From: Wallemia ichthyophaga EXF-994
Taxonomy: Eukaryota; Fungi; Basidiomycota
Length of the DNA: 32,000 nucleotides
Assembly (NCBI RefSeq): GCF_000400465.1
Contig: NW_008806296.1
Span: 60,001-92,000, forward strand
Direction: 5' to 3'
The position numbers and the translations under genes are program-made. Under the pieces are notes generated by a model. It saw only the letters and a program-made list of their open reading frames with translations. It was not told the origin of the DNA and made no database searches. Below, in pieces: positions 8,939 through 18,754 of the stretch. How positions within the stretch are numbered: the stretch's first letter is position 1; the number at the start of each line of letters is the position of its first letter.

Positions 8939-9885
8939 ATGGTCAGATAACTCTAATCGCGTCATTTAGATAAATACTAAATAGCTCACAGGTTAACACT
9001 CGCAGCACTCTCCCGCATTCTCCTTCTCCTGATCATCTCGACAGCGATTGGCGTAGGCTGAGTGCCACACAGCGCAGAGAGATACACAGCGCCTTCAATG
9101 ATTTTACAAAGAACAAGAGCGCCGATAGGAAAAGCATGGATATTACGCCCTCTGATAACCCAGGTGGCTTCATCGTTGAATCTGATGATGAGCCTGATGA
9201 GCCTGATACAACATCCCTTCTCCCGTTCTCCCGCATCAGACCCATCTTGCGCTCTCTCAATCTCGACGATAATGATGAGCAAGTGTTAGACATTTTTAAG
9301 CAAGCGGCCTTAGGGTGGGGGAGTGGTGATGCAGACGACAACGATATTGGCACTATCCCCTGGCAAGATTTCGCTTCGGTGGCAGCAGTCCTCGTTGCTC
9401 AGAGAGATGCAGACAGGGATTTGCAAGGTGATGAAATGGACGATGATGACGACGACGTGGATGCATACAAGCTTCAACCAGGCGACGATGATCTCAGTGA
9501 TCCGAGTGACCCGGGTGATCCAAGTGACGCCGAGAGTGATCGCGTAAGCGATCTAGTTGAACATGACAAACCCTCCAAGAAAAGTGAAAGGAAAGTAAGC
9601 CAGAAACAACACGACAGCAGCTTGGACACCTTCAGACTCTTCTTCCCAGACCCTCATTTTGTCACTCAAGACTCAACTCTTTCTCTCAGCGACTTGAAAC
9701 GCGTTATCAGATCGCTTAAAGAAAAGATTAGTGATGAGCAGGTGAGCTTTAATTCGTTATTCATACTCTCATTCACCATCCCACAACAGGCGACAAAAAT
9801 GATGTCTATGGTGTCCACCTCTAACAACACTTCTGTATCCTACCAAGACTTCACTCAGATGCTACTATACACCAATCTCATTTGA
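8939..9885 (+). CDS. Uncharacterised acidic protein with degenerate EF-hand-like (centrin/Rad33-like) helical pairs (exons 8939-8941, 8992-9741, 9790-9885; ~282 aa)
   Basis: ATG|GTCAGA...CTAAA...CACAG (50-nt intron) opens a frame continuous with ORF 9136-9885. A second intron 9742-9789 (GTGAGC...CAG, 48 nt) is in frame. The C-terminus LSLSDLKRVIRSLKEKISDEQATKMM...VSYQDFTQML resembles an EF-hand pair. The exact start is uncertain; Met at 9136 is the alternative. Confidence 0.65.
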
Positions 9886-9959
9886 GTAGCTATCAAATAT
9901 TGAAATAACGAAATTTTCATGTCTTACACTCACTCATACTGACTACACTTTTACACTCA

Positions 9960-11569
9960 CTAGTTCTCCTCTGGATCGCCAACCTTCGTCTTCACTCCAC
10001 TTCCACTTGACTTGGGCGTCATCTGGCCATCCACCGCATCTACCTTATCAACCACGTATCTCTCGGCCTGCCCATCGTCATGCCCCCCTCCATTCAGATC
10101 TCTCCCCTTATTCTCCCAAGCAAGGAGAGCAGTGATGATGAGCAGCGCAGCGATAATCCCGACAAAGATACCGCTAACTGTAGCGTAATCCTCGTGCACT
10201 CTTCCACAAGTCTCGATCATGCGCGTTTCGCCTGCCCTAGATTCGATCTGAGAAGAGCCAGACGCCACCTACAAGAGAGTGAGCGAGGTGAGCAATGACA
10301 GTTTGGAACTGAAACACACCATCAGACCCAAATTATAAGCCAGGCCTCCAAACAGCGCTCTCACATTTGGTGGTGACAGCTCATTCATGTAGATAGGCAC
10401 GACAGCCCACGCGCTCTGCACGCCAATTTGCACGAAAAATCCACCTGCCGCGACGCCGTTGAAGGACGAAGGCACGACCCATAGCGGTATGAAAGCGCCT
10501 GCAATGCAGCTGCACACCACTACAGTCAACCTGCGGCCTAATTTCTGCGACATGATCCCACCTACTACTCCTCCAACTACACTGCCTGTGTTGGCGACTA
10601 TGACCAGCTGTGTGGCTCGGAAGTTGGAGAAACATTTCGATTGCACATACATGGTCAGCAGGAGATCTTGCGAAGCGTGCGAGAAGAAGGCGAAGAGAAT
10701 CATCAACCAGATCGCCAGCAGGATGTTCGGGTAGTAGGTGCGAAGGATAGTGCAGAGGTGTTGGAAGAGTTTACTCTTGGTCTTGGTCTCGCTATTACTT
10801 TTACTTTTGCTGTTATGTACTCGTGACACTGGCACAGCTGCTTGAATCGCTGCTGCTAACCACGATAGTCCAGCGCCGAGGAAGAAGAGGGCACGGTAGT
10901 TAGCACCCCCACTCAAGCTCACACTTGGCACCAAACCGAGATTGACACAGCTGGCAACGAGATAACCGCATGCGTAGCCTTGTTGGAATATGCCTGGTGG
11001 TGTTTGTGTTGAGATACATGCTCACGCCGATCGTCTCGCTCACCCACCACTGAACAATCCCCGCGCTTCCCTCGGGAGATTCTCAAGAGACAGACTAGCA
11101 GCAGGGCCCCAGACACCTCCCATGACTGTTGCGTGTGAGAACTCATGACCCTTCCTCAAAAAGTCCCATTCCACTCACAAACACCGAAAAGCGCTCGAAC
11201 GCCGAGAAACGCACTGAAGGTGTCGCAATATCCAGTGGCTAGACTGAGTGCACCGACGACGACCATTATTGTAGCGAGAACCCATTTGCGGTTGTACATG
11301 TCAGAGAGAATTCCGCCTACTAACGCCCCCACGGGCCTCAGCAGCAAGGTGAGCGTTATGGCAGTAGTCACTTGCGTCGAATCTTTCCCGAATCTCTCAC
11401 CTATGGAAGTACTCGACAGACTTACGCTGAAGTAATCATAAGCGTCCATCAGCCAGCAGAACCTTTTTTTTTCTCATATAAGTGAGACATACGTCGCCAC
11501 CTCAATTTCACTCACCATGCTGAGAAGAATATGAGGAGATGGACTATTTTGCTTTTGTCTGCATTAGAT
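9960..11569 (-). CDS. JEN1: JEN1-like carboxylate:H+ symporter (MFS, sialate:H+ symporter family); N-terminal start unresolved
   Basis: Spliced motifs FFSAWFCWLMDAYDYF, LLLRPVGALVGG, ENLPREARGLFSGIFQQGY, SHASQD, AWAVVPIYMNELSPPNVRALFGGLAYNLG. Introns 11463-11515, 11126-11178, 10994-11047 and 10269-10319. The frame stays open to a probable acceptor near 11570; the upstream exon(s) were not resolved. Confidence 0.82.
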
Positions 11570-11964
11570 CGACTTGTATGTTTAGTGGGATTGTGTTATT
11601 TACACTCTGCGACAAACGATCAACCTGGTTTGTGTGTGAGGGATACTACAATGTAGATATTGTTATCCACCCACGGATTTAAGCTATCACGACTTTCGCT
11701 TGTATTTTCATTCCCATTACCCCTGCTACTACGTGAGCTTGGCTTGCCGCAATTCTAGCGTCGCACCTGCGACTAATCCCATTTGTAATATGTTCACGCA
11801 GCCTGATCCTCCAATTTGACATGACAGGAAGAACCCAACAATATCTCCTTCTCAGCTTCATACCAGTTGCATTCCTGGGTACATAAAAGCATTACAGCGT
11901 GCAACGGAAAATACTCACATAAACACTAGTATAGTAAGGAAGAACATCTATTGGACGAGAAATT

Positions 11965-12960
11965 TTATGCAGATTTAAACAACACTTCACTCTTACCGAG
12001 TGGAGCGGATTTATACGCACCATTTTCAAAGAGGGTGGAGCTAGGCAGTGATACTTCTGGACGTACGTGGAGATAAAGCTGGTGCAGTGCGTTAGTAGCA
12101 GCGCGATATTTAGCCATTTTGAGCGAAGATCCGAATCCTTCACCGAGTTGGATATTATCGTCAGCGAATACGCCGACAATGTAAACGGGCGACTGCGTAT
12201 ATCTTCCTGTCTCCTTGAGCAACTTCACATCTACTCCGCTGTAGCCAAACTTGGTGGCAGTCTGGTTGATTATGGTTACTGGGTTTTCAAACTTGAGGAG
12301 TGAGCGAAGGTCGAGGGAGCGGGAAAGGAAGAAAGCTTTGGCGAAGTGAGAGGCTTTCTCTACACCTCCATGCTTGAGTACCAAACCAACGACACTCTTG
12401 CTCAGACTAGCCATGGCGTCTTCGTGGAGAGTAAGGCCGTGGGTTGATTCGCGTCTCCATCTCAGCGACGAGTGCGCACCCCACTCCCGACTAACAGCAG
12501 AGCAAGTCTTGGGACCAACAAGCATGCTGACAGCTGCTTTGAGCGGCTTGAGTGGTAGATTTGGGTAGGTGAGGTGGAGGTGTTCAGTTGCAACGAGTCC
12601 AAGGAATGTGTTGCCGATGGATTGTAATTCGTCGTTGTTGGATGACTCGCTGAATGACGCATGAGTGCACGCCTTCTCTATTTCGTCAATTTCGACACTC
12701 AGTCCGAGTCTGTGTCCCAGAGCCACGAGAGAAGATTCACGCACGGGCACCGACGAAGCCCATTCCTTTGCGTTAAATGGTGGCAGTGAAGAAGATTCCT
12801 GTGTGATATTCTCTGTGATATTCTCTGCGCTATTCACGCTACGCTTCCCTTTGGCTTCGACTGGCGGCGCTCTAACTGCAATTCTACTACTGCTACTGCA
12901 TACAGACGTCGATAAACTGCGCAGATTCACCGCTCTCACTGCTTGCCGAGTTGCCATCAT
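11965..12960 (-). CDS. MRPL3: Mitochondrial large-subunit ribosomal protein mL44 (yeast MRPL3), RNase III-like domain plus dsRBD, 331 aa
   Basis: Arg/Ser-rich presequence-like N-terminus; degenerate RNase III signature NDELQSIGNTFLG; PNLPLKPLKAAVS; C-terminal dsRBD LLKETGRYTQSPVYIVGVF...LGEGFGSSLKMAKYRAA. Confidence 0.85.
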   Translation of the reverse strand: MMATRQAVRAVNLRSLSTSVCSSSSRIAVRAPPVEAKGKRSVNSAENITENITQESSSLPPFNAKEWASSVPVRESSLVALGHRLGLSVEIDEIEKACTHASFSESSNNDELQSIGNTFLGLVATEHLHLTYPNLPLKPLKAAVSMLVGPKTCSAVSREWGAHSSLRWRRESTHGLTLHEDAMASLSKSVVGLVLKHGGVEKASHFAKAFFLSRSLDLRSLLKFENPVTIINQTATKFGYSGVDVKLLKETGRYTQSPVYIVGVFADDNIQLGEGFGSSLKMAKYRAATNALHQLYLHVRPEVSLPSSTLFENGAYKSAPLGKSEVLFKSA

Positions 12961-13047
12961 TTTTTATGATCGTCGTCAGAGCACAAGTGTGCAAATATAC
13001 GCTCTAAATAATACAATTTCTTTTCAATATACACGCCATTATATCTT

Positions 13048-15575
13048 TCAATTTGAAGCCTTACGCTCCCCACTTGAATCCCTGCTCTGTGGTCCTAGCC
13101 CCAGTCCGGCAATCACAGACGGGGCAGACGACAGCGTCGGCGACCTTACATGCCGCGTGCGGCGGTGAGTATTGTTGTTCGTTTGATTAGTATTGTTGGT
13201 ACCACTAGCGCCTGTCTGATGTCCTCCTGACAACACCGAATTACCACCTAGATATGGAGTATTTGGCTGCGACTGTGTCCATGCATTCGACAACGACGCT
13301 GGAAACAAATTGATTGAAGGCGCCACTGGGGAGCGCATCGGTGGTGACTTACTCCCATCCCTTCGAACAAATGTAACATCTTCATCACTCGACTCTTCTT
13401 CGCGATTCTGATTCATCAAAAATGCTTCCCTCTTCTCTCCTTCCAGCCTCTCAACTGTAGCTCTCAAATTGAGCACCTCTTCGGGCAAATCTGTATTCTG
13501 GAGTGGATGGACATGTACTTCTTTAACTTGCGGTGTTTCCCTCACTTGACTGCGGTTTCTACTCTCAAGTAGCTCCGTCAACCTGCTCTCCAGATGCTCG
13601 TTCTTAAAACGCAGCTGATCGCTCTCATTGCGCGACTTACGAGCCTCGTTCTCTGCCGCGACTCGTGCATCTCGCTCTGCTTTTGTCATTGTCTTGAGCA
13701 CATTAAACCTACCTAAGAGTAGCTGCATTTCGCGTCTTTGCTCGTCGTGTCTAAATAGATCATCGTCTCTGTCGGGTTATGTTAGCACATGCACATTTCC
13801 CTCACAACGCCAACCCACCGATCTGCCAAAAGATTCATCAACTCCTTGTTGCGCTCTTGTAACTTGCCAAACTCCTCAATTTTAGGTGTCCACTCTCTGA
13901 TCTGATTCTCAAGCTCGAATATTTGATTACCTGAATCAGCCAGTCTTCCTAGATTAACACGAATAATCTCTTCACTTGCACTACGTTCGCCTCTTAATCC
14001 AACAGCTTCTGCATCCCAGTTCTTCTTCTCTTCTCGGAAATACTTTACTTTCTTCTGTAGCTCGTCCGTCCATGTAACATGACGTGAGTGAGTTTTAGTT
14101 GCTTCGCTTCGAGCGTTAGACAGAGCAGCCTGTGCTTGTGACAACCTGGAGCTGAGTTCGCGGAGATGTATGTACAAAGACTGTTGGGCATCTTCATCGC
14201 GTGCTTCTGCCAATCTACGTCTATGTAACTGACCCAATCTCATCAACAGTTGTCCTTTAATATACTGCTCGTACGTGTAGTCACGCTTGATGTCATCTGT
14301 TCCAAACATCTCCCTCTCATCACCTTCTTCATCTTCCTTTTTCTCCACTCTCGCACGGTGGATGCTCTCACGCAAAGCTTTCGATTCAGGTAGGTAGATA
14401 ACCGATTGATCGATCTGCGAGTCTAGTTGGGAAAGATCTGCATTTTCTTGATTGAGGTGGGTGTTTCCATCGATTATAATTCCCTCAGCTACACGTCTTC
14501 CATATTCAACAATACTTGCTGCGTTGATCTCAAGCACTGCGCACTGTGCAAGAATAGCTTGTGATTCAGTGTCAGGCCATCTGCAGCTTGTCTGTGTGAG
14601 CTCATAGTGAGGATCATTGAGAGGGTGTTTGAGGAAGAATGGATGTATGAGATGAGTTCGTAGTAATGGAAGCGAGCGAGCCTTGATGAGATCTACAAAC
14701 AACCACTGATCAATATCTTGAACGTAAGGGTTGTCGAATTCAAAAGAATTGAGGTATTCAATCGGAGACCGTAAGAATGCGAGAGTGTTGGCTGGAAAAA
14801 TACCATAAATGAAGGTAAACAGAGGTGAAGGGGAAGGAGTGAATTTGCTATCTTGAGTGAGTTGAATGAAATCTTTATTCTTGAGAGTGAGTGTACGTGT
14901 CACTGCCAGTTTATCAATCTCATTTATGATTTCAGAGTGAATGAATGCATTTTTACGCCTTTTCCAAACCAGAATTCTACCGATGAATGCGAGGAATGTT
15001 GGTATATACTTTGATAGCAAGATTGGGAATTTTGGAAGTAAGATGGAGTAAATGCAGCTAATGAGACTGATGACGCTGCTATCGTTATCAGTCAAGCTGC
15101 TTAGTATGATGAGTTGAAACAGATCAGAGGATATAAGATGATGTGAGTGAATCGACTGCTGACTGACTAGACTGAAAATTAGTTGCAAAGTTTGTAAACG
15201 ATATGATTCAGACTTGAAGTGAGTAATTAGGATGTTGTAGATAGTTGAGGCATGACTAGGAAGTACTTCAATGAGAAAATGTTTACTGTCATTGCTAATT
15301 GAGCTCTGGTTGAGATATTCACGTATAAGAAGAGAAGCAGTGTGTGTATCTAAGTGCTTTATAAGGAGCTTTCTCACGAGCTCATTGCGAAGATAGTGAA
15401 TAAAGTAATTCTCTATAAAAAAGTGCAAATTGCTTGAAATATCCAAGTCTAGCAAGCAATTGACTGTATATTCAGTCAAAGGGAGATTCCTAGGCTTGAA
15501 ATCATCTAAATTGAAATGTTTATAATATTTCTTATCAAATTCTTTATGTTTTATTGAATAAACGAGTTCATCCAT
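13048..15575 (-). CDS. TSC1: Hamartin / TSC1 homologue (exons 15575-13819, 13768-13048; ~825 aa)
   Basis: N-terminal helical domain with FIGRILVW and LFTFIYGIFPANTLAFLRSP (hamartin-typical), a long C-terminal coiled coil and a Ser/Pro tail. A 50-nt intron 13769-13818 (GTGGGT...GCTAAC...CAG) joins the two ORF-track pieces in frame. Confidence 0.8.
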
Positions 15576-15578
15576 GGG

Positions 15579-16171
15579 TTATTCTGTGGTGTTGGTGGTG
15601 GTGGTGTTCGTAGGCTGATCCTCAAGCTCAAACTGAAGCCTGGGTAATATTTTTGTTTTGAATATCTTACCAGCAGCGTCTTGACCAAATTCATGTGATA
15701 TTGCTCCAATCAGCGCTTCCACTGTCGATCCTCTAACCTTGAAAATACCGTTCTCTTGACTTGTTGAGAATCTCATCACCTTCTCTAATCCCCAATCCCT
15801 GCCAATAGAATCCCCAAGGCTAGGCGTATCTAAGCACCTAAACTTGTGATTCCTCACGCTCTTCCCGCTTTCCATTAAGTGCATTAACAGCTGAAAGCGC
15901 AGTGTTCTTCTCCCTAAGAAACTAAGCCTCGATTGATGATCCCCGGAAACTCCAGCTATTGACTTGTGTGTTACCGCCCTTAACGCTGTATCCTCACGCA
16001 TTTCACCGGGCAAAGAAGGAAATTGCTCTTTCATGTATTCCTTCAATAATGGTGTATTCAAGCGCGATGAATTAGCTTCAGTGGCTATGAAATCTTAGTT
16101 TTGATATAAGCCATATGCTACACTCAAAACTCACCTAATCGCCTACTCTGGGTCACCGCTGCTCGATACAT
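15579..16171 (-). CDS. MRPL15: Mitochondrial large-subunit ribosomal protein mL57 (yeast MRPL15), RNase III-like (exons 16171-16135, 16084-15579; 180 aa)
   Basis: Presequence-like MYRAAVTQSRRLA; AVTHKS...QSRLSFLGRRTL and GSTVEALIGAISHEFG are degenerate RNase III-fold motifs. Intron 16085-16134 (GTGAGT...ACTAA...TAG). Confidence 0.75.
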
Positions 16172-16337
16172 CCTCAACGTTAGTTACCAAGAGAGAAGAC
16201 TCAGTGAAACAAAGAGAAATGTATAAAACAACGATAAATATGTATAAAAGGTATAATCATCGTATTTACATTATCAAATGACACAATCAAAATCAAGAAA
16301 TGTACTAGTGAAAATTACTTCCGTCAGCTAAAGTCAA

Positions 16338-18336
16338 TTACTGCTTGCTTTTAAACCTTAATAATGGCGCTAATCCAGATAACGCGCACGATTTCTGCAT
16401 AAATTCGTGATTCACCAATTCATCTGCAGCTGCCCTTGACTTTACATCTACGCAAAGACAAACTGCCAAGAAGGACTTCAACTCTCTTGTTAAACTCTCT
16501 GGCTTCTTTAGAGTTGGTGTTCCATTCGTTGCAATCAAATACAGCGCTTTCAATGGCTCCTCATCGAGATATGGTGGCTCTTGCTCAATCATCTCTATTG
16601 CCATTATACCTAATGACCAAATATCTACTTTGGCACCATATTCCTTCTGCTTGACCACCTCTGGTGCCATCCAATATGGTGTACCTACCATCGTTGCTCG
16701 CTTTGACTTTTGATCTGATAACTTTGCGCAGAATCCAAAGTCTGTTATCTTTACATGTCCTTGTGAATCCAACAAGACATTGTCTGATTTGATATCTCTA
16801 TGAATGATTGATTGTTGATGTAAGTGGTTCAATCCCTTACACGTCTCCCTACAAATACACGCTATTTGATCCTCTTCAATCTCATTGTTATCTATAATAT
16901 CTGTTAATGCTCCACCTTCCATGTACTCCATAACTACCCAAAGTTCTCCATTTTTTATCAAGTAAGCATCTAAAAAGTTGACTATATTAGCATGATGACT
17001 CTCCTGCATCACCAAGATCTCATTGACAATTAACTCTTTCCTTGGTTGTGCACTAAGATCCATCTGTTTCACTGCAACTTTCTGTCCATTGTCTAATATT
17101 TTTGCAACATATACACTACCAGAAGCACCTTGACCAACTTTCTTGATTTTTGAGTATATGTTATTTGGATCACCTTGGCTAACAACCTGTCTCAGCTTTT
17201 CCATTATCTGTGTATCATTCATTGAGGATATACGCCTCTCGGCTACTTTGGGTGTTGAAGGCTCATTATTAGGAACTTGTTGAGGAACAGGCTGCTTAGC
17301 TTGAACCTGTTGTTGTTTTGGAGTGAGGGCAGGTTGGTTTGCCTTTTTATTCGTCAAAAGTGGTTTCACAGGTGGAGGTGCTTTTTGTGTAAGTGGAGGA
17401 GGTTGATGAGAAGGTTGAGAAGGTTGCGAGGGCTGCTGTGGTGGAGGATGCTGTGGAGGTGGTGTTGGTTGCAAAGATTGCTGCGCTGGAGCAGCTGATG
17501 ATTTTTCCTTCTTGACGCTCGCGCTTGGTTGCGATGGTGGAGGAGGTGCAGCTCTTGGTGCAGAAACATTTTGACCAGCAAGGCCGGTCCCATTACCGAA
17601 TCTTACATTTGCAGCTGGAGGTGTGTACGTTGTACCACCGGAAGGAGGAAATCTGTTATTCTGGCCAGCTTTCTGACCCTGGTTGAAACCAACTTCTTCT
17701 CTTCTCTGTTGATCAGTGTAGAATTCCAAAACGTCGAGAACAGCTTGAGGATTCTTAGCGTAATCTTCCTTAGTGATGGCTGAGGTCTGCAGAAGCTTAT
17801 TCCACTGCTCAGGCAGACCTGTAAATGCGCCCGAGACAGGGTCAAAGCCGACGTGGACCTGATGGACGAAATCGGTGGGAGTGGTAACACCGAGTGGGCT
17901 AGCGTTGTAGATGTCATCCAACCATGCGTATAGCTCGTCGTCAGATTTAAAAGCCAGGCTGTAAACTTTATTCGTTGTAATTTCAACGCAGAATGGTTTC
18001 TGATCGGTGCGCTCGACAGCGATGATATTGCTGAGGTGGATAGCTGTCTGTGGAGCAGGAGCAGACTAAATAATAAAGAAAGTGAGTTGCGTGTCTATAC
18101 GCCGCTTCAACACCCACATCATTCTTGTAAACGTCTATAGTGCGTGGATTGAGTACAATCCACTTCTTTGTCCAAAGCCACGACATTATTGGGCTATCAT
18201 CTTTCATCGATGCCCATCCCCTCCTATTCGGCGCCTTTGCGTTGTTCTTGATTATTGGTTTTGCAGTCGCTGCAGTCGCAGGTGCTGTCGCTGGCGGCGG
18301 TGGAGCAGCCCTCGTTGGTTGGAGGTGACTGTTCAT
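16338..18336 (-). CDS. CLA4: PAK/STE20-family kinase of the CLA4/SKM1 type: PH, CRIB and kinase domains (exons 18336-18118, 18065-16338; ~648 aa)
   Basis: PH domain (RRGWASMKDD..WLWTKKWIVL...DDELYAWLDDIY); CRIB GVTTPTDFVHQVHVGFD; kinase GQGASGSVY, HRDIKSDN, DFGFCA, GTPYWMAPE. Intron 18066-18117. Confidence 0.92.
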
Positions 18337-18647
18337 CTATTTTGCAGCTTATTTTTTTTATTTTTCGTGCGTCAATTTACCGTCTTGAGCGTCTTCTGGA
18401 CACAAAGACCAGTGCGCAATCAAAGTGCACCATTTTAAATATTTTCGTGGATTTCAAAGGAGGTGATAGACTTGTAATCAGCACTCAGTAGCCTGTCTCT
18501 ATCTTCCCCTCCTATTACTCTCCTTTTCATTTTCAACGCGCCGCAACTTTCTTCGCTTAAGCGAGGCAATACACTTTGACAGCCTCAGGTGCACTATACA
18601 CCCACTCACTCACTCACTTTCCCCGCAGCACCAAGATTTTCAAGGGT

Positions 18648-18682
18648 TCTCACCCTGTCTCACCCGTCTCACCCGTCTCACA
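18648..18682. repeat. Short tandem repeat (TCTCACCCG)x~3 in the WD40-CLA4 intergenic region, next to a (CACT)n run at ~18603-18618
   Basis: ttctcaccctgtctcacccgtctcacccgtctcac and cactcactcactcact read directly from the sequence. Confidence 0.7.
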
Positions 18683-18754
18683 TTCTCCACCGCAATTTAA
18701 AGTCAATTTTTCAAGAAAATAAATTATATTGTGTGTATCCTGCTACTGGCTGTA

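Noticed and set aside
11965-16171. RNase III-like ORFs as active Dicer/RNase III enzymes or an RNA-silencing module
   Set aside because: The catalytic signature is degenerate in both and both have presequence-like N-termini, consistent with structural mitoribosomal proteins.
16263-16270. TGTAAATA (Puf3-element-like) on the minus strand
   Set aside because: It lies in the AT-rich CLA4 3' region rather than downstream of the mitochondrial genes, and an 8-mer in AT-rich DNA is weak evidence.
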